14,386 bases of DNA, taken from NCBI GenBank assembly GCA_038534095.1, contig JBCAXK010000039.1, forward strand, positions 1 through 14,386, read 5' to 3'. The notes under the pieces were generated by a model. That model worked only from the letters and a program-made list of their open reading frames with translations. It made no database searches and was not told where the DNA came from. This DNA comes from Chlamydiota bacterium. GTDB taxonomy: Bacteria; Chlamydiota; Chlamydiia; Chlamydiales; SM23-39. Positions 1 through 9,558 of this stretch are shown piece by piece (within the stretch, counting starts at the first letter, position 1; every line of letters begins with the position of its first letter). A program made the position numbers and the translations under genes.

Positions 1-534
1 GTTAAGTCTCCCGAAAAAGATGGGTATAAAGCTGTGCAGATGTGTTCGGGAACTCTTTCTGAGAAAAAAGCGAAAAAGCTGCGCAAGCCTCAAAAAGGCT
101 TTTACATCGCAAAAAATCTTGACCCTAGAGAAGAGCTTATTGAGTCGAGGGTGGACGATACCCAAGAGTATGAAGTAGGAAAAATCTTTTCTGTCGAATA
201 TTTCAAAGATGTGGATTACGTCGATGTCATCGGCATTACAAAAGGGAAAGGATTTCAGGGAGTGATGAAGCTTCATGGATTTCGAGGTGGGCCCGCTGCT
301 CACGGTTCGGGATTTCATAGAACGGCAGGTTCTACAGGTATGCGTTCAACACCTGGTCGATCTCTTCCTGGGAGCCCACGAGCCAGCCGTATGGGTGGGC
401 GCCGTCAAACAGTGCAAAACTTGCAGGTAGTTCGCGTAGACGAAGAAAGAAATCTTCTGTTAGTGAAAGGGGCTGTTCCAGGGTGCGCAGGTAGTGTCGT
501 TTACATTTCTAAAGCGATTAAATTAGGAGAATAA
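1..534 (+). CDS. rplC: 50S ribosomal protein L3 (5'-truncated by window edge)
   Basis: Frame is open from base 1 (VKSPEKDGYKAVQM...). L3 motifs TKGKGFQGVMK, HGSGFHR.AGSTG.RSTPGR and NLLLVKGAVPG are present. Stop TAA at 532-534. Confidence 0.98.
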   Translation, partial: VKSPEKDGYKAVQMCSGTLSEKKAKKLRKPQKGFYIAKNLDPREELIESRVDDTQEYEVGKIFSVEYFKDVDYVDVIGITKGKGFQGVMKLHGFRGGPAAHGSGFHRTAGSTGMRSTPGRSLPGSPRASRMGGRRQTVQNLQVVRVDEERNLLLVKGAVPGCAGSVVYISKAIKLGE

Positions 535-535
535 C

Positions 536-1186
536 GTGCCTCTCAAAAAATACAATCTAAAAGGCGAGCAAACCGGATCTGTTGAGGTTCAAGAGAGTCT
601 TCTGGGCCGCCTTGCCAATCCTCAGATGATCAAAGACTACATTATTGCGATCCGCAAAAACCTTCGTCAATGGTCAGCAAATACAAAAGACCGTTCAGAA
701 GTGCGCGCCACGAAGAAAAAGCCTCACGCGCAAAAAGGTTCTGGAAGAGCTCGTCAAGGAAGTTTCGTAGCGCCTCACTATAAAGGGGGCGGCGTCGTCT
801 TTGGGCCAAGGCCAAAGTTTGATCAGCATGTGCGCATCAATAGAAAAGAAAGGCGCGCTGCTATCAGGTCTCTTCTTGTAGAAAAAATAGGACAAGAAGG
901 GGTGAAAGTGCTCGAGCCCTCCCTTTTGGAAGAAGCAAAAACAAAGCCGATTGCTTCCTTTTTAGACGCCTTGCATTTAGGTGGTAAAAGAATCATTTTT
1001 ATTGGCGCTTCTGATCAAAGAGATAGTGAGCTTTGGATAAAAAGCACAAGAAATTTACCCAAGGTAGAGTTTTTACGGATACAAAACTTGAATGGCTACG
1101 CCCTTTCGATCGCCACAGAGATTGTGATTTTAGATCGCGCTGTTGATGAAATTTTGCACCTATTAGGAAAAAATCATGAAGAATAA
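536..1186 (+). CDS. rplD: 50S ribosomal protein L4
   Basis: GTG start with AGGAG upstream. Motifs KKPHAQKGSGRARQGS and GGGVVFGPRP. Lies directly after rplC. Confidence 0.97.
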   Translation: MPLKKYNLKGEQTGSVEVQESLLGRLANPQMIKDYIIAIRKNLRQWSANTKDRSEVRATKKKPHAQKGSGRARQGSFVAPHYKGGGVVFGPRPKFDQHVRINRKERRAAIRSLLVEKIGQEGVKVLEPSLLEEAKTKPIASFLDALHLGGKRIIFIGASDQRDSELWIKSTRNLPKVEFLRIQNLNGYALSIATEIVILDRAVDEILHLLGKNHEE

Positions 1187-1508
1187 AACTCCCTATTCCA
1201 CCATCAAACACCGGTATGTTACAGAAAAATCTAGGCTCTTAGAGGAGTTGCAGGATGCTGAAAGCAACCCGTCTCTTCGGAAGTGTGATTCTCCTAAATA
1301 TGTTTTTAAAGTCCGTATCGATGCAAATAAACAAGAAATCAAAGACGCTTTTCAAGCTATTTATCAAGATGTGAAGGTTGTCTCAGTCAATACGATTACG
1401 ATCCCTAGAAAAAAAAGGCGCGTTCGAGGCCGCATAGGCATGAAAAGTGCCTTCAAAAAAGCGATCATCACCGTATCGCCCGGAGATCGCATTGAGGACC
1501 AACTTTAG
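1176..1508 (+). CDS. rplW: 50S ribosomal protein L23
   Basis: Motifs [27 protein letters not shown] and KKAIIT. Overlaps the end of rplD by 11 nt. Confidence 0.96.
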   Translation: MKNKTPYSTIKHRYVTEKSRLLEELQDAESNPSLRKCDSPKYVFKVRIDANKQEIKDAFQAIYQDVKVVSVNTITIPRKKRRVRGRIGMKSAFKKAIITVSPGDRIEDQL

Positions 1509-1525
1509 GAAACAGGAAGACAGCT

Positions 1526-2353
1526 ATGATGAAGAAACACAACCCAACAACGCCGAGTCAGAGAAAACTGGTGCTTCCCGAATCTACAATCAAAAAAGCG
1601 CCGAGACAAAAGCGACTCACGAAAGCAAAAACAAGAATTCATGGTCGTAACAACCATGGAAGAATTACCTGTCGTCACCGAGGAGGAGGCCATAAAAGGC
1701 TCTACCGTATGGTCGACTTCAAAAGAGATAAAGAAGAGATCAAAGCAAAAGTTGCTTCTATCGAATACGATCCAAACCGCTCAGCGCATATTGCCCTTTT
1801 GCATTATCTTGATGGGGAAAAAAGGTACATCATTGCTCCTCAAGGTTTAGAAGTTGGAAGTTTTGTGGAAACAACGGACAAGCCTCCCTACAAAGTGGGA
1901 ATCTGTATGCGCATCAAGGCGATGCCTTTAGGTTCAGTCATCCACAATATAGAACTCCAGCCCAATCGGGGCGCTAAGCTCGTCCGTTCGGCAGGTCTTT
2001 CTGCCCAGCTCTTAGCGAGAAGCGGCGGCTATGCTACCATCAAAATGCCTTCTGGCGAAGTTCGGCTCATCAACGAGAATTGTAGGGCTACTTTTGGCGC
2101 GGTATCTCACCCTGAGCACAGTCTTCGTGTCGATGGTAAAGCGGGGAGAACGAGATGGAGGGGTTTTCGCCCTACCGTAAGAGGAACTGCGATGAATCCT
2201 GTTGACCACCCGCACGGAGGTGGTGAAGGAAAGAGCAAAGGAAATATTCCACAAACCCCTTGGGGAAAATTCACCAAAGGGCATAAGACAAGATCCAAAC
2301 AAAAAACCAATAAATGGATCGTGAAAAAACGGAAAAGAAAAAATAGGAAGTAG
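1526..2353 (+). CDS. rplB: 50S ribosomal protein L2
   Basis: Motifs [28 protein letters not shown] and [17 protein letters not shown]. Confidence 0.99.
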   Translation: MMKKHNPTTPSQRKLVLPESTIKKAPRQKRLTKAKTRIHGRNNHGRITCRHRGGGHKRLYRMVDFKRDKEEIKAKVASIEYDPNRSAHIALLHYLDGEKRYIIAPQGLEVGSFVETTDKPPYKVGICMRIKAMPLGSVIHNIELQPNRGAKLVRSAGLSAQLLARSGGYATIKMPSGEVRLINENCRATFGAVSHPEHSLRVDGKAGRTRWRGFRPTVRGTAMNPVDHPHGGGEGKSKGNIPQTPWGKFTKGHKTRSKQKTNKWIVKKRKRKNRK

Positions 2354-2356
2354 ACA

Positions 2357-2629
2357 ATGGGTAGATCACTAAAAAAACAGCCTTTTGTGGACCATCATGT
2401 TTGGAAAAAAATGGCAAAGCATTCCGCCGATAAAGGTAGTAAAAAACCGATCAAAACCTTTTCTAGACGCTCTACCATTGTTCCTGAAATGGTTGGCTAC
2501 ACTTTCGAGGTACACAACGGAAAGAAATTCATCCCTGTGTTTGTCTCAGAAAATATGGTGGGTCACAAATTAGGAGAGTTCTCTCCTACAAGGACATTTA
2601 AAGGGCACGTGAAGAAATCAGGAAAGTAA
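2357..2629 (+). CDS. rpsS: 30S ribosomal protein S19
   Basis: Motifs [19 protein letters not shown] and [15 protein letters not shown]. Confidence 0.99.
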   Translation: MGRSLKKQPFVDHHVWKKMAKHSADKGSKKPIKTFSRRSTIVPEMVGYTFEVHNGKKFIPVFVSENMVGHKLGEFSPTRTFKGHVKKSGK

Positions 2630-2639
2630 GAGAACTTGT

Positions 2640-2975
2640 ATGTTACTAATTAGAGCGAAAACAAAATATGTAAGAATCAGCCCCAGAAAGGCTCGTTTGG
2701 CAGCAAAGCTCATCTCTAGGATGAGAGCTGAGGAGGCTTTGCTTCAGCTCGGAGTCTCTCCGATGAAAGGGGCAAGGCTTTTGAAAAAAACGCTTGGCAG
2801 CGCCATTGCTAATGCAAAAGAGAACCACTCTCTTGAGCAAAATGCTCTGCAAGTGCATGAAGTTCGCGTTGATCCGGGACCTACGATGAAGCGAGCAAAA
2901 TCAAAAAACCGGGGAAGTAGAGTCCCCATTATGAAAAGAACGAGTCATTTCACAATTGTATTGAAGGCAGAGTAG
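2640..2975 (+). CDS. rplV: 50S ribosomal protein L22
   Basis: Motifs VRISPRKARL, SAIANA, VDPGPTMKR and KRTSHFTIVL. Confidence 0.98.
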   Translation: MLLIRAKTKYVRISPRKARLAAKLISRMRAEEALLQLGVSPMKGARLLKKTLGSAIANAKENHSLEQNALQVHEVRVDPGPTMKRAKSKNRGSRVPIMKRTSHFTIVLKAE

Positions 2976-2978
2976 AGC

Positions 2979-3626
2979 ATGGGACAAAAAACATCACCAA
3001 CGGGATTTCGCTTATCTCGTAGAAAAAAATGGGTTTCTAATTGGTATGCCAATAAGCAAGAGTTTGGAAATCTGCTCCGAGAAGATCGGATGATTCGGAA
3101 ATTTTTGTCGAAAAAATCCTCTTGCGTAGGCACCTCAAAAATTCTGATCAAGCGGATGAGTGGCAAGATTGAAGTCACTATTCGAACCGCAAGGCCTGGT
3201 TTAGTGATTGGAAAGAAAGGCGCTGAAATTGAGCAACTAAAAAAACAGCTACGTATCCTTACAGGGCAAGAAGTTTGGATTGAGGTCGAAGAGATCAAAA
3301 GACCTGATCTCGATGCTACTCTTGTAGCGCTCGGAATTGCAAGGCAGCTCGAAAGGAGAGTGCCTTTCCGGCGTATCTTGAAAAAGAGCTTACAAACGAC
3401 CATGGACGCAGGGGCTCTTGGTGTGAAAGTAGCTATTTCAGGTCGTGTTGGTGGAGCAGAAATTGCAAGAACCGAAGGGTATAAAGAAGGGAAAATTCCT
3501 TTGCATACTCTTCGAGCCGATATCGACTATGGAGTCGCTAGAGCCGAAACGACCTACGGCGCTATTGGCGTCAAGGTATGGATCAACCGGGGTGAAGATA
3601 TCCTCAACAAAAAGATGGGAGGTTAA
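2979..3626 (+). CDS. rpsC: 30S ribosomal protein S3
   Basis: Motifs MGQK..P.GFRL, KH-domain [21 protein letters not shown] and [11 protein letters not shown]. Confidence 0.99.
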   Translation: MGQKTSPTGFRLSRRKKWVSNWYANKQEFGNLLREDRMIRKFLSKKSSCVGTSKILIKRMSGKIEVTIRTARPGLVIGKKGAEIEQLKKQLRILTGQEVWIEVEEIKRPDLDATLVALGIARQLERRVPFRRILKKSLQTTMDAGALGVKVAISGRVGGAEIARTEGYKEGKIPLHTLRADIDYGVARAETTYGAIGVKVWINRGEDILNKKMGG

Positions 3627-3628
3627 CC

Positions 3629-4048
3629 TTGGCACTACAACCAGGAAAAACGAAATATCGCAAACAGCAAAAAGGAAGTTTTCGCGGCCTTGCCAAAGCG
3701 GGTTACCTCATCGATTTTGGTGAATATGGGATGCAGGCCCTAGAAAGGGGTTGGGTCACCAACAAGCAAATTGAAGCATGTCGGGTCGCTATCACCCGCT
3801 CTTTTGCGCGGAAAGGAAAAGTTTGGATCCGATTTTTTCCAGACAAGCCTGTGAGTAAAAAACCGGCAGAAACAAGAATGGGAAAAGGAAAAGGTTCTGT
3901 TGACCAGTGGGTTGCTGTTGTAAGACCAGGCCTGATCTTATTTGAAGTGGGCAATGTGTCTAGAGAAGAAGCGCAAAAAGCGCTCGCTCTTGCCGCAGCA
4001 AAGCTGCCCTTTCGGACAAAATTTGTGGAACGAGTTGAGGTGGTTTAA
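3629..4048 (+). CDS. rplP: 50S ribosomal protein L16
   Basis: TTG start preceded by GGGAGG. Motifs QIEACR.AI.R and [24 protein letters not shown]. Confidence 0.98.
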   Translation: MALQPGKTKYRKQQKGSFRGLAKAGYLIDFGEYGMQALERGWVTNKQIEACRVAITRSFARKGKVWIRFFPDKPVSKKPAETRMGKGKGSVDQWVAVVRPGLILFEVGNVSREEAQKALALAAAKLPFRTKFVERVEVV

Positions 4049-4227
4049 TGAATCTACGAGAAAAAACAGAAGAAGAGCTATCCAAACTTGCGCTCGAACT
4101 TGACGGAGAAATTTTTGCTCTGAGAAATGAACTCAAGCTTCATAGGAAGCTAGAAAAGCCGCATCTTTTGAAAGAGAAAAAACGGATGAAAGCGAGAATT
4201 TTGACCATTTTAGGAGAAAAAAAGTGA
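4048..4227 (+). CDS. rpmC: 50S ribosomal protein L29 (59 aa; not in supplied ORF track)
   Basis: Manual translation gives [59 protein letters not shown]. It shows the L29 pattern LR....EEL...LEKPH.......ARILT. ATG overlaps the rplP stop (TAATG) and TGA overlaps the rpsQ start (GTGA). Canonical slot between rplP and rpsQ. Confidence 0.95.
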   Translation: MNLREKTEEELSKLALELDGEIFALRNELKLHRKLEKPHLLKEKKRMKARILTILGEKK

Positions 4228-4487
4228 ACCAAAGAAAGGAAAGAAAAACGCTGCAAGGTGAGGTCATTTCTAACAAAATGGCAAAAACAGCTGTTGTGAA
4301 AGTTACCCGAAAAATGCGCCACCCTCGCTACCAGAAATTGGTAGAAAGTAGGAAAAAGTACTACGCGCACGTAGAAACCGGCTCTTGCAAAGTGGGAGAC
4401 CTAGTTACGATTGTGGAAACAAGGCCCATTTCTAAGTTAAAGCGTTGGAGAGTTGTTGAAAAAACCGCGAACGAGGAAAAAAGGTAG
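4224..4487 (+). CDS. rpsQ: 30S ribosomal protein S17
   Basis: GTG start with AGGAG upstream. Motifs [19 protein letters not shown] and [11 protein letters not shown]. Confidence 0.97.
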   Translation: MNQRKERKTLQGEVISNKMAKTAVVKVTRKMRHPRYQKLVESRKKYYAHVETGSCKVGDLVTIVETRPISKLKRWRVVEKTANEEKR

Positions 4488-4494
4488 AAGCGCC

Positions 4495-4863
4495 ATGATT
4501 CAAGAAGAGACTGAGCTTGAAATAGCTGATAATACGGGGGCAAAAAAAGTAAAATGCTTCCGCGTATTGGGTGGAAGCAAAAAACGTTATGCAAAAGTCG
4601 GGCACGTCATTGTCGTGTCTGTTAAGCAGGTGACTCCCCAATCGAGTATAAAAAAAGGAGACGTTGTGAAAGCAGTCGTTGTTCGCACAAAAAGACGCAT
4701 CAAAAGAGAAGACAATTCCACATTGATGTTTTACGACAATAGTTGCGTCATCATCGATGATAAAAACAATCCCAAAGGTACAAGGATTTTTGGACCAGTC
4801 GCAAGGGAAGTTCGGGAAAAAGGTTTCATTAAGATCACCTCTCTTGCTCCGGAGGTAATATAA
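4495..4863 (+). CDS. rplN: 50S ribosomal protein L14
   Basis: Start taken as ATG 4495 (MIQ...), giving 122 aa. Motifs [27 protein letters not shown] and SLAPEV. Confidence 0.98.
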   Translation: MIQEETELEIADNTGAKKVKCFRVLGGSKKRYAKVGHVIVVSVKQVTPQSSIKKGDVVKAVVVRTKRRIKREDNSTLMFYDNSCVIIDDKNNPKGTRIFGPVAREVREKGFIKITSLAPEVI

Positions 4864-4864
4864 C

Positions 4865-5224
4865 ATGAGTAAATGGATTCGAAAAGGCGATAAAGTCTGC
4901 GTGATTGCAGGAAATGATAAAGGAAAAGTGGGCACGGTTTTATCCCGAGGGAAAACCCGGATTCTTGTAGAGGGCGTCAACATACGCAAAAAACACATGA
5001 AAGCAAGAAGCGAGGAAGAAAGGGGAGGCATCATTCCCATGGAAATGCCGATTCATATTTCCAACGTGCAGCTTGTTGGGGAAAATGACCAGCCTGTGAA
5101 ACTCCGCGTCCGTTTTGATGAAAAAACGCAGGAAAAAGTTTTATTTTATAGAAAGGCTTCCGAAGAACGTCCTGGCGAAACGGTAGAAGTCATCTATAGA
5201 CCAGTAAAAAAATACGCAAGGTAA
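4865..5224 (+). CDS. rplX: 50S ribosomal protein L24
   Basis: KOW motif IRKGDKV.VIAG.DKGK.G, plus VEGVN and E.PIHISNV. Confidence 0.97.
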   Translation: MSKWIRKGDKVCVIAGNDKGKVGTVLSRGKTRILVEGVNIRKKHMKARSEEERGGIIPMEMPIHISNVQLVGENDQPVKLRVRFDEKTQEKVLFYRKASEERPGETVEVIYRPVKKYAR

Positions 5225-5228
5225 ACGA

Positions 5229-5765
5229 ATGTCTCAATTACGCGAGAAATACTACAAAAAAGTCCGGCATGAACTCCAAAAGAAGTTGGGCTATAAGAAC
5301 ATCATGCAGGTGCCTTTTCTGCACAAAATTGTCATCAGTATGGGCATTGCAGAGGCCCTCAAAGATAAAAACGTTCTCCAAGATCACGCTAGTGAATTAG
5401 CGAGCATTGCAGGACAAAAACCTGTTGTCACCAAAGCGAAAAAAGCGATTTCTAATTTCAAACTACGTAAAGATAATCCGATCGGCCTGATGGTCACTTT
5501 GCGCGGGAAACGGATGTTTGATTTTTTGGACCGTTTTGCAAACATCATTGCTCCTCGAATCAGTGACTTTCGTGGATGCAATAAAGCAGGAGATAAGCAG
5601 GGAAATTACACTTTCGGGGTTCCCGATCAACAAATTTTCCCCGAGCTCAATTTAGATCTTGTGAAAAGAAGGCAAGGGATGAACATCACCTTTGTTACGT
5701 CGGCCACAACCGATGAAGAGTGTAGAGAATTATTAGGAAGCCTTGGGTTCCCATTTAAAAAGTAA
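5229..5765 (+). CDS. rplE: 50S ribosomal protein L5
   Basis: Motifs KIVISMG, GQKPVVTKAKKAISNFKLR, VTLRG.RM and GMNITFVT. Confidence 0.98.
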   Translation: MSQLREKYYKKVRHELQKKLGYKNIMQVPFLHKIVISMGIAEALKDKNVLQDHASELASIAGQKPVVTKAKKAISNFKLRKDNPIGLMVTLRGKRMFDFLDRFANIIAPRISDFRGCNKAGDKQGNYTFGVPDQQIFPELNLDLVKRRQGMNITFVTSATTDEECRELLGSLGFPFKK

Positions 5766-5782
5766 CGAGAAGGATATTTACT

Positions 5783-6172
5783 ATGTCGTTTAACGATCCT
5801 ATTGCAGAAACATTGACCAAAATCCGGAACGCATCAAGAGCGCAGCACCGTTTTGTAGACATGCTCCTCAGTAAAGCGCGCCTTCAAGTGTTAGAGATTC
5901 TCAAACGCAAAGGATACATCAACAATATTCTTGTCGATAGGTCGAAAAATAGAATGCGTGTTTTTTTGAAATACAACGCAAGACGATCGATCATTCGCGG
6001 CCTTAAGCGCGTATCTAAACCAGGCCGGCGTAAGTTCGTAGGAGCAAAAGATATTCCCTACGTTTTCAACGGGATTGGTATTGCCATTGTATCCACTTCG
6101 AAAGGTGTTTTAGAAGGGGAAGAGGCGAGAAAGCTCTCTGTTGGTGGCGAAGTTTGGTGTTACGTTTGGTAA
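5783..6172 (+). CDS. rpsH: 30S ribosomal protein S8
   Basis: Motifs [31 protein letters not shown] and GGEV.CYVW. Confidence 0.98.
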   Translation: MSFNDPIAETLTKIRNASRAQHRFVDMLLSKARLQVLEILKRKGYINNILVDRSKNRMRVFLKYNARRSIIRGLKRVSKPGRRKFVGAKDIPYVFNGIGIAIVSTSKGVLEGEEARKLSVGGEVWCYVW

Positions 6173-6194
6173 TAAGAGTAGAAGGAAAAAAACT

Positions 6195-6737
6195 ATGTCT
6201 AGATTAGGAAAAACTGCCATCAAAAAGCCCAAAGGAACAAAGGTTGTTCTGCGTGAAAAAGAAGTCGAAATACAGGGCCCTAAAGGAACGCTTGTCCAGT
6301 TTTTGATGCCAGGAATTGTGATCCAAGATGGGGAAGAGGAGCTCTCTGTTTCTATAGCAGAAAATGGGAAAGTGCACAAAAAGTTTCACGGTCTTTACCG
6401 CGCCCTTTTGAACAATATGGTGATTGGAGTCTCTACTGGATTTTCAAAATACTTAGAAATGATTGGCGTGGGTTTTCGAGCAGAAATTCAAGGAAAAAAA
6501 CTGAAACTCTTAGTAGGCTATTCCAACCCTGTTCTCGTCGACATCCCTGATGGTATCGAAATCAAACTGGAAAAACCTACGGTCATCGTTGTCTCAGGGA
6601 TCGATAAACAACAAGTAGGCCAGTTTGCTGCAACGGTTCGCTCTTACCGGAAACCTGAGCCTTATAAAGGAAAAGGAATCCGTTACCGCGGTGAGTACGT
6701 CCGGAAAAAGGCAGGTAAAGGAGCAAAAGCAAAGTAG
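6195..6737 (+). CDS. rplF: 50S ribosomal protein L6
   Basis: Start taken as ATG 6195 (MSRLGK) after AAGGA. Motifs [18 protein letters not shown] and [11 protein letters not shown]. Confidence 0.98.
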   Translation: MSRLGKTAIKKPKGTKVVLREKEVEIQGPKGTLVQFLMPGIVIQDGEEELSVSIAENGKVHKKFHGLYRALLNNMVIGVSTGFSKYLEMIGVGFRAEIQGKKLKLLVGYSNPVLVDIPDGIEIKLEKPTVIVVSGIDKQQVGQFAATVRSYRKPEPYKGKGIRYRGEYVRKKAGKGAKAK

Positions 6738-6744
6738 GTTAGGT

Positions 6745-7116
6745 ATGGAAAAAAGATTGGATAAAAGAAATCGACAACGAATATCTCGAAGCAAACGGGT
6801 GCGCAGGCACCTGAAAATGTGTACAAATAGGCTCCGCCTTTCCGTTTCAAAAACCAACAAACATTTGTTTGCGCAAATCATCGACGATGAAACAGGCAAA
6901 ACTCTGTTTGGTATTGGTACGAGAGGAAAGCAGTTTCAGGGTACAGAATTTGCAAAAAGATCGAAACACGCGGCGGAAAAAATCGGTCAGCTCATCGCAG
7001 AGGAAGCGAAAACACAGAATATTGATGAGGTCGTTTTTGATCGTGGTCGGTATAAATACCACGGCGTCATCGCGATTATGGCCGACGCCGCTAGAAACCA
7101 TGGTCTCAAATTTTAA
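6745..7116 (+). CDS. rplR: 50S ribosomal protein L18
   Basis: Start taken as ATG 6745. Motifs RLSVSKTNKHLFAQIIDD, VVFDRGRYKYHG and ADAAR..GLKF. Confidence 0.97.
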   Translation: MEKRLDKRNRQRISRSKRVRRHLKMCTNRLRLSVSKTNKHLFAQIIDDETGKTLFGIGTRGKQFQGTEFAKRSKHAAEKIGQLIAEEAKTQNIDEVVFDRGRYKYHGVIAIMADAARNHGLKF

Positions 7117-7139
7117 CGTATTTATTTAGGTAAAGTAGG

Positions 7140-7658
7140 ATGGGAAGAAAAGAAGAAGACAAGTCGGACGATTTTGAAGAAAAAGTCCTCTACATCAATC
7201 GCTGCTCCAAAGTAGTTAAAGGAGGAAGAAAATTCAGTTTTTCTGCTCTTATTTTGGTGGGAGACCGTAAAGGGAATGTCGGTTTTGGTTTTGCCAAAGC
7301 AAATGAGGTATCTGATGCGATTCGTAAAGGATCTCAAGCGGCGCGTAAGAACGTATTTTCTTTTGAAATGGAAGGGACGACCATCCCACACGAAATTTTT
7401 GTTACCTGGGATGGCGTGAAGCTTCTTTTAAGGCCTGCTTCTGACGGGACTGGGGTTGTTGCAGGATCGAAAGTGCGTCCTGTTTTGGAGCTTGCTGGCA
7501 TTGAAAATATTGTTTCAAAAAGCTTAGGATCCAACAATCCGATCAATCTTGTAAGAGCGACGGTCAAAGGTTTGAAAATGTTGCGTAATCGGAAAAAGAG
7601 TCTCGCCCTAAGAGGGATTGACGAGGGAATGGAAGAGGTAGGAAATGAAACTACATGA
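7140..7658 (+). CDS. rpsE: 30S ribosomal protein S5
   Basis: Motifs [29 protein letters not shown] and [14 protein letters not shown]. Confidence 0.98.
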   Translation: MGRKEEDKSDDFEEKVLYINRCSKVVKGGRKFSFSALILVGDRKGNVGFGFAKANEVSDAIRKGSQAARKNVFSFEMEGTTIPHEIFVTWDGVKLLLRPASDGTGVVAGSKVRPVLELAGIENIVSKSLGSNNPINLVRATVKGLKMLRNRKKSLALRGIDEGMEEVGNETT

Positions 7659-8097
7659 TTTGAAAAATACGCATCGGGCTAGAAAAAAAGTACAACGCGT
7701 CGGAAGAGGCCCTGGATCGAAGAGAGGGAAAACCTCTTGCCGTGGTCAAAAAGGTGATGGATCCCGATCTGGATACAAAAGACGGTATGGTTATGAGGGG
7801 GGAGGAGTGCCTCTTCATCGAAGACTGCCAATTCGCGGATTTACAAGAGGCCGTTTTTACCAGGCTCGCTTGGCAATTAATCTGGATTTAATTGAAAAGT
7901 TTTATCATGATGGGGAAGTGGTCTCAGAAGACACTTTGCGTCAAAAAGGACTCTCTCCTAGACGAATTCCTGGAGGGCTCAAAATTCTTTCTAGAGGAGA
8001 ACTGACGAAAAATGTACGTATTGAAGCGCACCGTTTTTCTAAAGAGGCTATTCGAAAACTTGAAGAGAAAAAGATTCCATACCAAAAAGTATCATAA
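7645..8097 (+). CDS. rplO: 50S ribosomal protein L15
   Basis: Motifs RVGRGPGS.RGKTS.RGQKG..SRSG and EGG.VPL.RRLP.RGF. Overlaps rpsE by 14 nt. Confidence 0.98.
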   Translation: MKLHDLKNTHRARKKVQRVGRGPGSKRGKTSCRGQKGDGSRSGYKRRYGYEGGGVPLHRRLPIRGFTRGRFYQARLAINLDLIEKFYHDGEVVSEDTLRQKGLSPRRIPGGLKILSRGELTKNVRIEAHRFSKEAIRKLEEKKIPYQKVS

Positions 8098-8112
8098 GTA
8101 GGACAGTTTTGT

Positions 8113-9492
8113 ATGATTGAAGGCATCAAACGTATTTTTAGCATTCCAGAGCTTCGAATGAAAATATTCATTACGTTTGGTCTTCTTGCTCTATGTCGGA
8201 TTGGATCTTTTGTCCCGGTCCCTGGCATCAATGGTGAGCTTGCCGTGCAAGTCTTTCAGCAAGCGAGCGGAGGAGCGCAAAATTTTTTCCAATTCATTGA
8301 TATGTTTTCTGGAGGCGCTTTTGCCCAGCTAACCATTTTGGCTTTAGGGATCATGCCCTACATTTCCACCTCGATTGTTTTACAGCTTTTGGTCGCGATC
8401 GTTCCCTCTTTGCAAAGGGAAATACGGGAAAGCAGTGATCAGGGTAGAAGAAAAATTGGCCGCTGGACAAGAACAGCTACCCTTTTTCTAGCTCTTTTTC
8501 AATCTGGAATTTTAGCTCGTTATGCTTTGAATATGGATAGCTCTTTTCCCGGAATGATTGTGCCTCAGTTGCTTCTCCCTACCGTTTTTGGAGTCCCCTG
8601 GCTTTTTTATCTAACCTTTATGGGAACCGTGACTACAGGGACCCTGTTGCTCATGTGGATGGGGGAACAAATTACAGAAAAGGGGATTGGTAATGGGACG
8701 AGTTTGATCATTGCTTTGGGAATTCTCTCTTCTTTTCCAAGAACTCTTGGCGCGATTTTGCAACAACTAAACCTAGAGTCTCAAGGAACGGCGAATCTCT
8801 CTTTTTTCTCCCTATTTTTGCTATGTGCTTTGTTTGTTTTGATCACCATCGGAACAATTTTGATCATTCAAGGTCAAAGGAGAATTCCTTTGCAGCATGC
8901 TAGGCGCATTGTTGGTAGAAGAGAAGTACAAGGTTCAGGAGCTTATATCCCTTTAAAAATCAATTACGCAGGAGTGATTCCTGTGATTTTTGCCTCTGCC
9001 TTTTTGATTTCGATAGCAACCATTGGAAAATTTTTAGGCGATGGCGCTTTTTTTGCTGCGATCGCTTCAGCGCTTTCTCCAGGTACTTGGAGCTATATGT
9101 TTGTGACCGCTTTTTTGATCATCCTGTTTACCTATTTCTGGACAGCGACCCAATTCAAGCCAGATCAAATTGCGTCAGATATGAAAAAAAATGGAGCGTT
9201 TATTCCTGGCGTTAGACAGGGAAGACCCACCCAAGAGTTTTTAGAAAAAACCATGAACCGGATTACTTTAGTAGGCGCGTTATTTTTGGCGGGCATTGCT
9301 ATTTTACCCAGCGTTGTAGGAAAAGTTCTTTCTGTAGATCCATCGGTTTACCATTTTTTTGGAGGAACCTCTCTTCTGATTCTTGTTGGGGTTATTTTAG
9401 ATACGACAAAACAGATTGAATCCCATTTGCTCATGAAACGGTATGATGGTTTTATGAAGAGAAACAAATTGCGTCATAGAAGTATTTCTTAG
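8113..9492 (+). CDS. secY: Preprotein translocase subunit SecY
   Basis: Multi-pass membrane protein. Motifs [50 protein letters not shown] and [11 protein letters not shown]. Confidence 0.99.
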   Translation: MIEGIKRIFSIPELRMKIFITFGLLALCRIGSFVPVPGINGELAVQVFQQASGGAQNFFQFIDMFSGGAFAQLTILALGIMPYISTSIVLQLLVAIVPSLQREIRESSDQGRRKIGRWTRTATLFLALFQSGILARYALNMDSSFPGMIVPQLLLPTVFGVPWLFYLTFMGTVTTGTLLLMWMGEQITEKGIGNGTSLIIALGILSSFPRTLGAILQQLNLESQGTANLSFFSLFLLCALFVLITIGTILIIQGQRRIPLQHARRIVGRREVQGSGAYIPLKINYAGVIPVIFASAFLISIATIGKFLGDGAFFAAIASALSPGTWSYMFVTAFLIILFTYFWTATQFKPDQIASDMKKNGAFIPGVRQGRPTQEFLEKTMNRITLVGALFLAGIAILPSVVGKVLSVDPSVYHFFGGTSLLILVGVILDTTKQIESHLLMKRYDGFMKRNKLRHRSIS

Positions 9493-9558
9493 ACGATTTT
9501 TAATCGTGGTTTTTATTCAAGAAATTTGCTAAATTTATTACGAGGAAAAGGAATTAAA

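Noticed and set aside
715..765. Macrolide-resistance-type change in the L4 loop
   Set aside because: The loop reads QKGSGRAR with no indel and looks like ordinary wild type.
2945..3403. 152-aa antisense ORF opposite rpsC, and the many other 60-110 aa antisense or out-of-frame ORFs
   Set aside because: All overlap well-supported genes and show no independent coding evidence.
4432..5040. 202-aa antisense ORF across rpsQ/rplN/rplX
   Set aside because: It lies entirely opposite conserved ribosomal genes and has no recognisable motif; a typical shadow ORF.
5195..5290. E. coli-type S8-binding operator at the rplX-rplE junction
   Set aside because: I could not identify a convincing helix-21 mimic by eye; a covariance search would be needed.
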